Numbered from the stretch's first letter, positions 20,906-31,537 are shown. The stretch is 64,000 nt of DNA from Methanobacteriota archaeon (GCA_947084985.1 CAMTUI010000005.1:2358-66357); one strand, 5' to 3'. Notes: generated from the letters alone by a model not told the origin. Translations and numbers: made by a program.

Positions 20906-22366
20906 TCAGTATCGAGGCATCTCGGGCTCGACGCGCTCCGCCCATTCGTCGATGCCGCCCACGAGGTTCTTCACCTTACGGAAGCCGAGTTCGCGGAGGA
21001 AGTTCGTGATCCGCGCGGAGCGGATGCCGGTCTTGCAGTACACGACGATCTCGTCCGCCGTGCTGAGCTCGTTCACCCGACCGGGCACCTGAGCGACGGG
21101 CATGAGGACGGCCTTCTGAAGGCGGGCGATCTCCCACTCCATGCGCTCCCGTACGTCGAGGAGGACGACCTCCTGGTCCTTGTCGATCTTGTCCTTCAGC
21201 TCGTCCACCGTGATCTGGAACTCCTCGCTCACCTGTTCGGACGGCCCGCGCAGCCCGCAGAACTCCTCGTAGTCGATGAGTTCCTTGACCGTCGGGTGCT
21301 CCCCACAGACGGGGCATTCGGGATTCTTGCGGAGCCGGAGCTCGCGGAACTTCATGCGAAGCGCGTCGAAGACGAGCAGACGGCCGACGAGCGTGTCGCC
21401 CTTCCCCAGGAGAACCTTGATCGTCTCGATGGCTTGGATCGAGCCGACGATCCCGGGCAGGACGCCGAGCACGCCGCCCTCCGCGCACGAGGGTACGAGG
21501 CCGGGCGGCGGCGGTTCCGCGTAGAGGCAGCGGTAACACGGGCCCTTCTCCGCCCAGAAGACGCTCGCCTGGCCTTCGAATCGGAAGATGGACCCGTACA
21601 CGTTCGGCTTCTTCAAGAGGACAGACGCGTCGTTCACGAGGTACCGCGTGGGGAAGTTGTCCGTCCCGTCGATGATCACGTCGTAGTCCTTCAGGATCTC
21701 CAAGGCATTCTCGGATGTAAGGCGCGTCTCGTACGTTTGCACGTCGATGTTCGGGTTGATCTGTTGTACACGCTCCTTCGCGACCTCGATCTTCCGCCGC
21801 CCGACGTCCTTGGTGCCATACAGGACCTGTCGCTGCAGGTTCGTCGGGTCGATTACGTCGAAGTCCACGACCCCGATGCGGCCGACGCCGGCCGCGCTGA
21901 GGTACTGGAGGAGCGGCACGCCGAGGCCTCCCGCCCCGATCACGATCGCAGAGGACTGCTTGAGCTTCACCTGCCCCGCCATGCCGACCTCCGGGAGGAT
22001 CAGGTGGCGCGAGTAACGCTTGATTTCCGCGGGTGAGAGGCCGTCCTTCCGCTTCGCGGCGAGCTGGTCCATGAGCGAGAAGGAGCCGCCCGCGATGCTC
22101 GGGACGATTGAGATCGTGTCTCCCTCGCGGAGGGACGTGGCATCCTTCTGCAGATACCGGATGTCCTCCTCGTTCACGTAGACGTTCACGAAGTTGCGGA
22201 GACGGCCCTCGTCCGTGTAGAGATGGCGGCGGAGCGAATCGTACCGGTCCACGAGGCCCTGCAAGGCCTCGACGACGCTCTCCGCCTCGACCTCGACCGT
22301 GTCCTTGTTTCCGGCGTACTGTCGAAGGGGAGTGGGGATGATGATCTTCACATTCGCCTTGGTCAC
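20906..22366 (-). CDS. CysO/MoaD-like carrier fused to MoeB/E1 adenylyltransferase and rhodanese (MoeZ-like)
   Basis: N-terminal IPTPLR..NVYVN.EDIR...PSIAGG; RYSRHL, GAGGLG, NLQRQ, CYRC, C..C; C-terminal YCKTGIRS, GGIDEW. Confidence 0.9.
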   Translation of the reverse strand: MTKANVKIIIPTPLRQYAGNKDTVEVEAESVVEALQGLVDRYDSLRRHLYTDEGRLRNFVNVYVNEEDIRYLQKDATSLREGDTISIVPSIAGGSFSLMDQLAAKRKDGLSPAEIKRYSRHLILPEVGMAGQVKLKQSSAIVIGAGGLGVPLLQYLSAAGVGRIGVVDFDVIDPTNLQRQVLYGTKDVGRRKIEVAKERVQQINPNIDVQTYETRLTSENALEILKDYDVIIDGTDNFPTRYLVNDASVLLKKPNVYGSIFRFEGQASVFWAEKGPCYRCLYAEPPPPGLVPSCAEGGVLGVLPGIVGSIQAIETIKVLLGKGDTLVGRLLVFDALRMKFRELRLRKNPECPVCGEHPTVKELIDYEEFCGLRGPSEQVSEEFQITVDELKDKIDKDQEVVLLDVRERMEWEIARLQKAVLMPVAQVPGRVNELSTADEIVVYCKTGIRSARITNFLRELGFRKVKNLVGGIDEWAERVEPEMPRY

Positions 22367-22375
22367 ATACCGGCT

Positions 22376-22390
22376 TACAACGGTGTTATA
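22376..22390. promoter_or_regulatory. Operator TACAAC-GGT-GTTATA abutting the TATA box of the cysO-moeZ gene
   Basis: 11/12 match to TATAAC-N3-GTTATA. Confidence 0.6.
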
Positions 22391-22567
22391 TTTAAGGTTC
22401 GCCTCGCCGATTCATGCGGATTCGACTAAGGTAATCACCGACGCGATCGACGCGCATCGAGGACGGAAAGAGGCCGTGCGATGACCTCCCGACAGACGGC
22501 CAAGTTAACCTTGTTTAAGGTTAACAATTCGTGCCCTTCCGTCCAGGCACCATGGTCCCTTCGCGAA

Positions 22568-22987
22568 CTACTTGCGGACGAGGGGATCCGGCAGGAATTT
22601 TCCCGACCCTTCGTCGTACACCCACGCCGTGAGATCCTTCGGGTCTCCGTTCTCGACGTTCAGGATCACGTAGGTGTACCAGCCCGCGGCGCGAGAGCGG
22701 TCGAACTCCGACGGCGAGGAAGGATGGTCCGGATGGCTATGATAGATCCCGATTAGGTCGAGCTCACTCTGACGCGCGGCGTCGTCCGCGCGCAGCAGCT
22801 CGAGCGGATCAATCGTATACCGTCGGCTCCGCTCCTCCTCGGCCGCGTTCGTCGCCCGCCGGGATTCGACGACCCTGCGCGGCTCCGTCGCGTCGCCGAT
22901 GAGGAAGCCGCAGCACTCCTCCGGGTATGTTTCGCGGGCATGGTCCTCGATTGCCCGGACGAGCGCCTCTGGGATCTCAATCGTCAC
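22568..22987 (-). CDS. JAMM/MPN+ (M67, Mec-like) metallopeptidase
   Basis: YPEECCG and YHSHPD...S..D JAMM motif. Confidence 0.92.
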   Translation of the reverse strand: MTIEIPEALVRAIEDHARETYPEECCGFLIGDATEPRRVVESRRATNAAEEERSRRYTIDPLELLRADDAARQSELDLIGIYHSHPDHPSSPSEFDRSRAAGWYTYVILNVENGDPKDLTAWVYDEGSGKFLPDPLVRK

Positions 22988-23913
22988 GGAGCCTCCTCCC
23001 AATACCGCTCGTTCAGGTAGCGGTCTCCCGCGTCCGGGAAGATGATCACGATGACGCCCGCACGTATCCGCTCCGCAAGTCGCAGGGCCGCATCGAACGC
23101 TGCGCCGCTCGACGTGCCGACGAGGAAGCCCTCCTCGCGCGCGAGGCGGCGGGTGGCAGCCTGCGCGTCCTCCGTGGCCACGAACATCATTTCGTCGGCC
23201 ACGCTCGCATCCCAGATCCCAGGAGTGCGGGAGGACTCGAGGTGCTTAACGCCCTCGAGGCCGTGGAACGGACCGTCAGGCTGGACGCCGACAAGTCGGA
23301 TGTGCGGGTTCCTTGTCTTGAGGTACCGACCCGCCCCGACGAACGTCCCTGTGGTCCCGAGGCATGCGACGAAGTGCGTTACGCCGCCTTGCGTTTGGTC
23401 CCAGATCTCCGGGCCTGTGGATTCGAAGTGCGCCCGCCAGTTCGCCTCGTTGTTGTATTGATCAAGATACCAGTACGCCTCCGGCTCTGTGTCGATCAAG
23501 GCCTTCGCGACCTTCTGCGCACCGTCCGTGCCCTCGGCCGCGGGTGTGAAGACGAGCTCCGCGCCATACGCCCGGAGGATGCGTCGCCGCTCAGGGCTCA
23601 TATTCGAGGGCACGCAGAGCGTGACGCGGTACCCTTCCGCTGCGCCCAGCATCGCGAGCGCGATGCCCGTGTTCCCGGACGTCGCGTCCAGGAGGATTCG
23701 GTCCCGCGTAAGGCCCGTCTTCTCGGCGGCTCGAAGCATCCAAAGCGCGGGCCGATCCTTTACGCTCCCGCCGGGGTTGTCCCATTCCGCCTTGCCGAGC
23801 AGCCGCACGTCGGGGCCCGCGTGTCGAGCGATGTGTTCCAGACGGAGGAGCGGCGTGTTCCCGATGAGGTCCGCGACGCGCGATGCCTTCGGCGCAATCG
23901 CATCGGGTCGCAT
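22984..23913 (-). CDS. cysM: PLP-dependent cysteine synthase (CysM-like)
   Basis: IGNTPL, NPGGSVKDR, ATSGNTG, GTTGT, GTSSGA. Confidence 0.88.
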   Translation of the reverse strand: MRPDAIAPKASRVADLIGNTPLLRLEHIARHAGPDVRLLGKAEWDNPGGSVKDRPALWMLRAAEKTGLTRDRILLDATSGNTGIALAMLGAAEGYRVTLCVPSNMSPERRRILRAYGAELVFTPAAEGTDGAQKVAKALIDTEPEAYWYLDQYNNEANWRAHFESTGPEIWDQTQGGVTHFVACLGTTGTFVGAGRYLKTRNPHIRLVGVQPDGPFHGLEGVKHLESSRTPGIWDASVADEMMFVATEDAQAATRRLAREEGFLVGTSSGAAFDAALRLAERIRAGVIVIIFPDAGDRYLNERYWEEAP

Positions 23914-23926
23914 ACGATCAAGGGCC

Positions 23927-24316
23927 TCAGTTCTCGCCGGGCGGCACTTCGAGGGCCTTCTTCAGGACGTGGAAGGACAGGAGGGCGCACTTCAACCGGA
24001 CGGCGCTGAGCGGGATGCCGAGCTCCTTGAGGACCGCATCCTTCTTCATGGCCTTCGCGTCGTCGAGGGGCATGCCCTTCACGACCGACGTGAGCATCGA
24101 GGCGCTCGCCTGGCTGATCGCGCACCCCTGGCCTTCGAACCGAACGTCGGCAATCCGGTCCGAGCCGTCCACACGGACGTGCAGGACGACCTCGTCCCCG
24201 CACAGCGGATTTGAGTCCTTCCCGTGAAACTGAGCGTCAGGGAGGGGACCCTTGTTCCGCGGATTCTTGTAATGGTCCAGAATCTGCTCCTGGTAGATCT
24301 CTTGCGACGCAGACAT
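23927..24316 (-). CDS. sufU: SufU/IscU-type scaffold
   Basis: ILDHY..PRN, NPLCGD, GCAISQAS, RLKCALL. Confidence 0.9.
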   Translation of the reverse strand: MSASQEIYQEQILDHYKNPRNKGPLPDAQFHGKDSNPLCGDEVVLHVRVDGSDRIADVRFEGQGCAISQASASMLTSVVKGMPLDDAKAMKKDAVLKELGIPLSAVRLKCALLSFHVLKKALEVPPGEN

Positions 24317-25563
24317 CAGGCGAAGACCTCCTGGACCTCCTTGATCCCCGCCGCAAGGGCGTCGACGTCCTCAAAGTCGTTGTAGATGTAGAACGAGGCG
24401 CGGGCGGTCGCCGGCAAATCGAAGCGCTCCATGAGGGGTTGCGCGCAGTGATGGCCTGACCGAATGCAGATCCCCTTGACGTCGAGGATCGATGCGATGT
24501 CGTGCGGGTGGGCCCCGTCGATCGTGAACGAGACGACACCGGCGCGCTTCTTCACGTCGGGCGGGCCGTACAGGGTCACGCCCTTGATCCGGCCAAGTTC
24601 CTTGAGGGCGTATTCCGTCATCTCCATCTCGTGCGCGCGGATCGCCTCCATGCCGAGCCCCTGCAGATAATCGACCGCGACGCCGAGGCCGATCGCCCCC
24701 GCGATGTTCGGCGTGCCGCCCTCGAACTTGTACGGGACATCGTTCCACTTCGCCCATCCGAGGTGGACCTCGCGGATCATTTCGCCGCCGCCCAGGAGAG
24801 GCTCTGTCTGTTCGAGGAGCTCCGGCTTGCCGTAGAGCACACCGATCCCCGTGGGCCCGAGCATCTTGTGCCCGCTGAACGCGAGGAAGTCCGCGTCGAG
24901 CGACCGCACGTCGATGGGCATGTGCGGGGCCCCTTGTGCCGCGTCGACGACACATATCGCGCCGACCTCGTGCGCGCGCTTCGCGATCTCCTTCACTGGG
25001 TTGATCGTCCCTAGGACGTTCGAGCACAAGGCGACCGTGACGATCTTCGTACGCTTCGTCAGGAGCTCGTCGTACTGCTCGAGCTTCAGGGTGCCGTCGT
25101 CCGTGATGTCGACGTACTTCAGGACGGCGCCCTTGTGGTCCTTCACGAAGTGCCAAGGCACATGATTCGAATGGTGCTCCATCACGGTCCCGACGATCTC
25201 GTCGCCCTTCGCGATCTTCCCTTTGAGACCGTATCCGTACGCGATCACGTTAATCGATTCCGTCGTCGACTTCGTGAAGACGATTTCATTCGGCGAGCGT
25301 GCCTGGATGAACTCCGCGATCTTCTCCCGCGCGCCCTCGTATTCCCGCGTCGATTCCTCCCCGAGCTCGTAGATCGCGCGGTGCACGTTCGCGTTGTAGC
25401 GGGCGTAGAAATCCGACGTCGCATCGATGACCTGCTTCGGCTTCTGCGATGTCGCGGCGCTGTCGAGATAGACGAGGCGCTTGTCGTGCACCGTCCGCGC
25501 CAGAATCGGGAAATCCCCCTTGATTTTGGGGACGTTCAGCAGGACCTTTGCGGGCTTCGCCAT
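24316..25563 (-). CDS. sufS: Cysteine desulfurase SufS
   Basis: YLDSAATSQKP, SGHKM, RSGHHCA. Confidence 0.95.
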   Translation of the reverse strand: MAKPAKVLLNVPKIKGDFPILARTVHDKRLVYLDSAATSQKPKQVIDATSDFYARYNANVHRAIYELGEESTREYEGAREKIAEFIQARSPNEIVFTKSTTESINVIAYGYGLKGKIAKGDEIVGTVMEHHSNHVPWHFVKDHKGAVLKYVDITDDGTLKLEQYDELLTKRTKIVTVALCSNVLGTINPVKEIAKRAHEVGAICVVDAAQGAPHMPIDVRSLDADFLAFSGHKMLGPTGIGVLYGKPELLEQTEPLLGGGEMIREVHLGWAKWNDVPYKFEGGTPNIAGAIGLGVAVDYLQGLGMEAIRAHEMEMTEYALKELGRIKGVTLYGPPDVKKRAGVVSFTIDGAHPHDIASILDVKGICIRSGHHCAQPLMERFDLPATARASFYIYNDFEDVDALAAGIKEVQEVFA

Positions 25564-25614
25564 CCGCTTCCACCGTGCCATGACGCGCGGGCTACTTGAG
25601 GCTTCTGCCCCGTG

Positions 25615-25929
25615 TCATTCGTTGAGGACGAGATACACGACTCCCTCCATGACTTCGACGGGAAAGATTGCGATCGGTTCCGTCGCAGGAGGACCCAGTA
25701 CGTCTCCCGTGCGGACGTCGAACGCGGACGCGTGGAGAGGACAGACGACCTGGTCCCCGGCGAGGAATCCGCCAGCCAGTTCCGCGTACTCGTGGGAGCA
25801 GATCCCCTCGAGGCCGTAGAACGTCCCGTCGATGTTCGCCACGACGTACGTGTCCCCGCTATGGTCCACGCCCCGCATCGTGCCCGACGGGAAATCGTCG
25901 ACGCGGGCCACGGGGACGTGGAGCGTCAT
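25615..25929 (-). CDS. Rieske-type ferredoxin
   Basis: CSHE and CPLH motifs. Confidence 0.9.
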   Translation of the reverse strand: MTLHVPVARVDDFPSGTMRGVDHSGDTYVVANIDGTFYGLEGICSHEYAELAGGFLAGDQVVCPLHASAFDVRTGDVLGPPATEPIAIFPVEVMEGVVYLVLNE

Positions 25930-27257
25930 CCGATGGCATCTCCCAGGTCCAGCTCGATGATTCGGTTCACCTCGATCGCGAACTCGAATGGGATGCGTTT
26001 CGTGGCAACTTCGGCCAGGCCGAGGACGATCATGCGGACGGCCTCGTCACGCGTGAGCCCTCGCGAAGTGAGGTAGAAGAGCATCTCCTCGCTCGCGGTG
26101 CGTGCGACCCCTTCCTGCGCGATCTCCGCATCCGCTTCGTCGAGTTCGATGCGGGGGACCGTCTCCGTGCGCGACGAGGAGTCCAACAGGAGGGTGGACC
26201 AATCGATTGACGACGAGGCGCGGGAGGCGCCCTTCGCTGCCTCGACGTCCGTGTGGAGCGTCGCCTCGCCGCCTTCCCGGGCGATCATGCGCTGGACGAT
26301 TCGCGAGCGGGTGCGCGGCGCCCGGTGACGCACAATCCCGCCGACATCGACATGCTGCCCCTTTCCCGCCAGCGCAAACCCGATGATCTCCGCGCTGGCG
26401 TCCGGCCCGACGAGATCCGCAACGGGGACCTTCCACATGCGGCGGGCACCGAGGTTCGCGTCGACCCACTCGACGGACGCGCCCTCCTGGACGACTGCGC
26501 GCTTTGTCACGAGGTTGTCCACATTTTTCGAGAAGTTCTGGATCGCGATGTAGCGCACGCGGGCTCCCGGACGGGCGACGACCTCGATCGCAGAGACATG
26601 GAGCTCGTCGGGCGTATAGACCGGCGCGCTGCATCCCTCGACGTATGTGACCTCCGAGCCCCGGTCTGCGAGGATGAGATGCCGCTCGAACGGCTCCACC
26701 TCCCCGTAATCCGCCCGGATCTCCGCTTGAAGAGGGGCCTCTACGCGGACGCCAGGCGGCACGTAGACGAAGGAACCGCCGGACCACAGGGCCGCGTTCA
26801 GAGCGGCGAGCGGGTTGTCATCGATTGCGACGGCGGAGGCGAACACCTCGCGGAACAGGACCGGATGTGCGGCCAACGCAGCCTCCGTTGAGAGGAACTG
26901 AACACCCTGAGTCTCCAACTCCAGCCGCACGACACGGTATGCCGCCTCGGATTCCTCGAGAGCCGCGAACCCGGTCGCCAACGCGGCATCCGTAGGCCGT
27001 GTGGACAACGGTCGGTCCAGCGCCGGCTCGAGGAAGCGATCGAACTCGACGCGATTGAGAAAATGCGCCCATGCGGGAACGCCTTCCGAACGGAACCGCT
27101 CGAGGGCCTTGAGCCGAAAGCGGAGCATCCATTCCGGCTCGCGTCGGCGCACGGAGAAATCTCGCACGCGATCCGCCGAAGGGACCGAGTCGATCATCAC
27201 GGCAGCGGGGTGCTCCCCGACGCGGGGCCGGGAACGCTCCACGGCCGTCATCGTCAC
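25926..27257 (-). CDS. Second, divergent SufB/SufD-family protein
   Basis: EPEWML.FRL, WSGGSFVYVP, FER.LI, YVEGCSAP, NLVTKRA, FYL.SRG. Confidence 0.85.
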   Translation of the reverse strand: MTMTAVERSRPRVGEHPAAVMIDSVPSADRVRDFSVRRREPEWMLRFRLKALERFRSEGVPAWAHFLNRVEFDRFLEPALDRPLSTRPTDAALATGFAALEESEAAYRVVRLELETQGVQFLSTEAALAAHPVLFREVFASAVAIDDNPLAALNAALWSGGSFVYVPPGVRVEAPLQAEIRADYGEVEPFERHLILADRGSEVTYVEGCSAPVYTPDELHVSAIEVVARPGARVRYIAIQNFSKNVDNLVTKRAVVQEGASVEWVDANLGARRMWKVPVADLVGPDASAEIIGFALAGKGQHVDVGGIVRHRAPRTRSRIVQRMIAREGGEATLHTDVEAAKGASRASSSIDWSTLLLDSSSRTETVPRIELDEADAEIAQEGVARTASEEMLFYLTSRGLTRDEAVRMIVLGLAEVATKRIPFEFAIEVNRIIELDLGDAIG

Positions 27258-27709
27258 TCCAACGAGACGATCTCCTTTTTCTGGTCCACCGCCGCTTGGA
27301 GCGTGTGCCACGCGAGACTTGCGCACTTCACGCGGACAGGGAACTCGCACACGCCCGACAAGACCGCGAGCTTGCCCAAGGTCTTCGTGTCCACGGGATC
27401 CCCCGGACGGCCCGTGACCATTTCGTGGAACTTCTGGAAAAGAACGCGGACGTCCTCCGTCGTCTTGCCTTTCACCGCATCCGTCATGAGGGACGCGGAC
27501 GCCTTCGAGATTGCGCACCCGGACCCCTGAAACGCGATGTCCGCGATGCGGCCGTCGTCGAGCCGCAGGTACACGGTCACCTTGTCCCCGCAGAGGGGAT
27601 TGTGGCCCGCGGCGGTCGCGCTGGCATCCCGGATCTCGCGGAAGTTCCGAGGCCTCTTGCTGTGGTCGAGGATCGTTTCCTGGTAGAGCTCGCGGAGGTC
27701 GGGCATCAC
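27254..27709 (-). CDS. sufU: SufU-type scaffold (bacterial-like)
   Basis: LYQE.ILDH, NPLCGD, GCAISKAS, RVKCA.LAWH. Confidence 0.9.
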   Translation of the reverse strand: MMPDLRELYQETILDHSKRPRNFREIRDASATAAGHNPLCGDKVTVYLRLDDGRIADIAFQGSGCAISKASASLMTDAVKGKTTEDVRVLFQKFHEMVTGRPGDPVDTKTLGKLAVLSGVCEFPVRVKCASLAWHTLQAAVDQKKEIVSLE

Positions 27710-27761
27710 GGAACCCCTTGTCGGTCCCGGACGGGGCGTTCGAACATAACCGAGTCGCGCT

Positions 27762-29117
27762 TCATAAGGTCTCCCCGAGAGCTGCCCCCTTCGGCAGCCT
27801 CGAGAGGATGAGCTGATCCAGCTTGATCTTAATCGGGGCGACCTTCACGTGGTTCATGACATCACCCACGAAGGCGTACGTCAGGATGTTCCGCGCCGCC
27901 TCCTCGTCGATGCCGCGCGTGCGCAGGTAGAAGATCGCGTTCTCGTCGAGCTGGCCGATTGTTGACGAATGGTTGCACTTCACGTCGTCCGCGAGAATCT
28001 CAAGGCCCGGCGTGCTGTCGACGAAGGCCTCCCTCGAGAGGAGCAGGTTCTTGTTCGTTTGCCGCGCGACCGTCTTCTGGGCCCCATGGCGCACAATGAT
28101 GTTCCCGTTGAACACGCCTCGGGACTTGTCGTTCAGGATGCCCTTGTACAGCTCCATGCTCGTGCATGCTTGGGCCGAATGGTCGATTCGCGTGTAGTTG
28201 TCCGCCTGCTGCGTGCCCGACGTCATGGAGAGCCCGTTCAGCAGGAGGCTGCCACCCTCCTCGCGGAAGATCGTGTCGACGTAGCTCCGCGCGAGCCCGG
28301 CGCCAAGGGAGATGGAGTGGCATGCGACGTTCGTGTCCCGGTCCTGAGCGACCGCCATCGCGCCGAAGTGGTACGCGGACTCGCTCTCCCGCTGCATCTT
28401 GTAGTGCGCCAGGACGGACCCCGGGCCCGCGACGACCTCCGTGACCGCGTTCGTCAGGTAGACGTCAGGAGCCCAGCCCGCGTATGTCTCGATGACGGTG
28501 GCCTCGCTCCGCGCCCCGAGGACAATCAGGTTCCGCGGGTACGCGAGGAGGGGCACATCCTTCGAGGTCGAGGCGTAGAGCAGGTGAATCGGCTCTTCGA
28601 TCACGACGCCCCTGGGCACCTCGATGAACGCACCGTCCTGAAGGAAGGCGGTGTTGAGGGCGGTGAACGGATTGGTGTCGTAGCGCGCGTGGCGCGTCAA
28701 GTGCGGTTCCACGGCCCGCGAGTCCTCCCGCAGGGCCTCCGCCATGTTCATGGCGCGCACGCCCTCCGGTAGCGGGCGCAGATACGAGAGCTTCGGCGCG
28801 TACCGCCCGTTCACGAAAACGAGGAGACTTGCCTTGAGGACGCCGAACGTGTAGGGCTCGAGTCGCTCCCGCACGATGCCGTCGGGCCGGCCGAGGATAG
28901 CGGGCTTGAAGGGCACCTTCAGGACCGGCGTGAGGTTCGTGTACTTCCATTCCCCGTGCTTAAGGGTCGGGAAGCCGATCTGCTGGAAGCGCGCGATCGC
29001 GGCCTTCCGGGCGCGGCGAAGCCATTCCGGCTCCGCGGGATCGAGGGTCTCCTCGAAGGAGTCGAACTCGGCCGCATACATCTGGACCGGTTCGAGCGCG
29101 ACCGCCACGGACGACAC
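27762..29117 (-). CDS. sufD: Fe-S cluster assembly protein SufD
   Basis: GFPT...EWKYT, FNGNI.V, P.LEI.ADDVKC.H, FYLR.RG. Confidence 0.92.
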   Translation of the reverse strand: MSSVAVALEPVQMYAAEFDSFEETLDPAEPEWLRRARKAAIARFQQIGFPTLKHGEWKYTNLTPVLKVPFKPAILGRPDGIVRERLEPYTFGVLKASLLVFVNGRYAPKLSYLRPLPEGVRAMNMAEALREDSRAVEPHLTRHARYDTNPFTALNTAFLQDGAFIEVPRGVVIEEPIHLLYASTSKDVPLLAYPRNLIVLGARSEATVIETYAGWAPDVYLTNAVTEVVAGPGSVLAHYKMQRESESAYHFGAMAVAQDRDTNVACHSISLGAGLARSYVDTIFREEGGSLLLNGLSMTSGTQQADNYTRIDHSAQACTSMELYKGILNDKSRGVFNGNIIVRHGAQKTVARQTNKNLLLSREAFVDSTPGLEILADDVKCNHSSTIGQLDENAIFYLRTRGIDEEAARNILTYAFVGDVMNHVKVAPIKIKLDQLILSRLPKGAALGETL

Positions 29118-29124
29118 CGTCCTC

Positions 29125-29910
29125 CTAGCGGACCGCGGGCTGCAGCTTCGGAGCCTCCTCGAGGATCCAGCCATACCCGTGCTTCTCGAGGTTCCGCGCG
29201 AGGTCCGCGTCTCCCGATTTGACGATCTTGCCGTCGACCAGGACGTGCACGACGTCCGGGATGACGTATTCCAGGAGCCGCTGGTAGTGCGTGACGACGA
29301 GCATCGATCGAGCCGGGCTTCGCATCGCGTTAATCCCCTCTGAGACGAGCCGCAGCGCGTCGATGTCCAGCCCGCTGTCCGTCTCGTCGAGGACGCAGAA
29401 CTTCGGCTCGAGGACGGCCATCTGGAAGATCTCGTTCTTCTTCTTCTCGCCGCCGGAGAACCCTTCGTTCAGTCCGCGCTTCATGAACGTCTCATCGAGG
29501 CCGAGGAGCTTCATCTTCTCCTGGACGAGGGCCATGAAGTCCATCGCGTCGATCTCGTCCTGGTTACGATATTTGCGGATCGCGTTCAGGGCCGCCTTCA
29601 GGAAGTATGCGTTGCTGACCCCGGGGATTTCCACGGGATACTGGAACGCCATGAAGATCCCCTCCCGGGCGCGATCCTCCGGTTTCATCGTGAGGAGATT
29701 CTTGCCCTCGAAAAGCGCCTTTCCCTGCGTGACCTCGAACGTCACACGGCCCGCGAGGACCTGGGCGAGGGTCGTCTTCCCGCTCCCGTTCGGGCCCATG
29801 ATCGCATGGACCTCGCCGGGTTTGATCGACAGGTTGATTCCCTTCAGGATCACCTTGTCGCCGATTTTCACGTGCAGGTTCTCGATTTCGAGCATGGGTT
29901 CTGCTCCCAC
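29125..29910 (-). CDS. sufC: Fe-S cluster assembly ATPase SufC
   Basis: GPNGSGKT, FQYPVEIPGV, GFSGGEKK, LDETDSGLDID. Confidence 0.96.
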   Translation of the reverse strand: MGAEPMLEIENLHVKIGDKVILKGINLSIKPGEVHAIMGPNGSGKTTLAQVLAGRVTFEVTQGKALFEGKNLLTMKPEDRAREGIFMAFQYPVEIPGVSNAYFLKAALNAIRKYRNQDEIDAMDFMALVQEKMKLLGLDETFMKRGLNEGFSGGEKKKNEIFQMAVLEPKFCVLDETDSGLDIDALRLVSEGINAMRSPARSMLVVTHYQRLLEYVIPDVVHVLVDGKIVKSGDADLARNLEKHGYGWILEEAPKLQPAVR

Positions 29911-29924
29911 TCCACCGGGCTCGC

Positions 29925-31370
29925 TCAGCCGACCGTGCCCTCGAGGTTCAGGCTCACGCCGATCAGCTTCTGCGCCTCGACGGCGAACTCCATCGGGAGC
30001 TTCAGGAAGACCTGCTTGCAGAAGCCGTTCACGATCATGTTCGTGGCGTCTTCCGGCGTGATGCCGCGGGTCTGGCAGTAGAAGAGCTGCTCTTCCCCGA
30101 TCTTCGAGGTCGATGCCTCATGTTCCATCTGCGCCGTCGGCTCTTGCACCTGGATGTCCGGGAAGGTGAAGGCGGCGCATTCGGACCCGATCAGGAGGGA
30201 GTCGCACTGGGAGTAGTTGCGGGCGTCCTTTGCGCCCTTGAAGATGCGCACCTGGCCGCGGTACGTGTTCCGCCCGTGGCCCGAGGAGATGCCCTTCGAG
30301 ATGATCGTCGATCGCGTGTTCTTCCCGATGTGGATCATCTTCGTCCCCGTGTCCGCCTGCTGGCGGTTGTTCGTCACCGCGACGGAGTAGAACTCGCCCT
30401 GGGAGTTGTCCCCCTGGAGGATGCAGCTTGGATACTTCCATGTAATCGCACTGCCCGTCTCCACCTGGGTCCAGGAGATTTTCGAGTTCACGCCGAGGCA
30501 CTTGCCGCGCTTCGTGACGAAGTTGTAGATGCCGCCCTTGCCCTGCTTGTCGCCCGGGTACCAGTTCTGGATCGTGGAGTACTTGATCTCCGCGTCGTCG
30601 AGGGCGATCAGTTCCACGACGGCGGCGTGGAGCTGGTTCTCGTCCCGCATCGGGGCCGTGCAGCCCTCAAGATAGCTCACGTAGGCGCCGGGATCCGCGA
30701 TGATCAGGGTACGCTCGAACTGGCCCGTGGACTTCGCGTTGATGCGGAAGTACGTGGACAGCTCCATCGGAGACCGCACGCCCGGCGGTACGTACGCGAA
30801 GGAGCCGTCGCTGAACACGGCGGAGTTCAGACCGGCGAAGAAGTTGTCGTTGAACGGCACGACGGACCCGAGGTACTTGCGCACGAGGTCCGGGTGCTCC
30901 AGGACGGCCTCGGAGAAGGACGAGAAGATGATCCCGAGATCCTCGAGCTTCTTCTTGAACGTCGTGGCCACGGAGACGCTGTCGAGGACCGCGTCGACCG
31001 CCACGCCGGCGAGGAGCTCCTGCTCCGCGAGCGGGATGCCGAGCTTCGCGTACAGGGACATGATCTCCGGATCGACCTCGTCGAGGCTCTTCGGCTGCTT
31101 CCTAGGCGCGGCGTAGTAGTGGGCGTCCTGGTAGTCGATCGGCCCGTACGTGATGTTCGCCCACGTGGGCTGCTTCATCGTCAGCCAGTGGCGGTACGCC
31201 CGGAGGCGCCACTCGAGCAGCCACTCCGGCTCCTTTTTCTTCCGAGAAATGAGCCGCACGATGTCCTCGTTCAGGCCCTTCGGTGCGAGCTCCTCATCGA
31301 TGTCCGAGACGAAGCCATACTTGTACTCCTGCTTCGACATCTGCTCCTGGAGTACGCTCTTGGATACCAT
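29925..31370 (-). CDS. sufB: Fe-S cluster assembly protein SufB
   Basis: [38 protein letters not shown]. Confidence 0.96.
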   Translation of the reverse strand: MVSKSVLQEQMSKQEYKYGFVSDIDEELAPKGLNEDIVRLISRKKKEPEWLLEWRLRAYRHWLTMKQPTWANITYGPIDYQDAHYYAAPRKQPKSLDEVDPEIMSLYAKLGIPLAEQELLAGVAVDAVLDSVSVATTFKKKLEDLGIIFSSFSEAVLEHPDLVRKYLGSVVPFNDNFFAGLNSAVFSDGSFAYVPPGVRSPMELSTYFRINAKSTGQFERTLIIADPGAYVSYLEGCTAPMRDENQLHAAVVELIALDDAEIKYSTIQNWYPGDKQGKGGIYNFVTKRGKCLGVNSKISWTQVETGSAITWKYPSCILQGDNSQGEFYSVAVTNNRQQADTGTKMIHIGKNTRSTIISKGISSGHGRNTYRGQVRIFKGAKDARNYSQCDSLLIGSECAAFTFPDIQVQEPTAQMEHEASTSKIGEEQLFYCQTRGITPEDATNMIVNGFCKQVFLKLPMEFAVEAQKLIGVSLNLEGTVG

Positions 31371-31408
31371 CGGTCAGCCTCCCGTTTTCTAGAAGGCATC
31401 ATGGACAC

Positions 31409-31423
31409 TATAACGTTGTTATA
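31409..31423. promoter_or_regulatory. Operator TATAAC-GTT-GTTATA overlapping the sufB TATA box
   Basis: Perfect consensus; minus-strand TTTATATA box overlaps it. Confidence 0.7.
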
Positions 31424-31537
31424 TAAATCTATGGTCATTCGCGACGAGAAGGACACTCACAACGCGCGCACGACGCGACTCTCGTAGGAAGGCTTAAGTC
31501 GAAGACCCGCGTTCGAACGTATCGGGACGCGAGCGAC

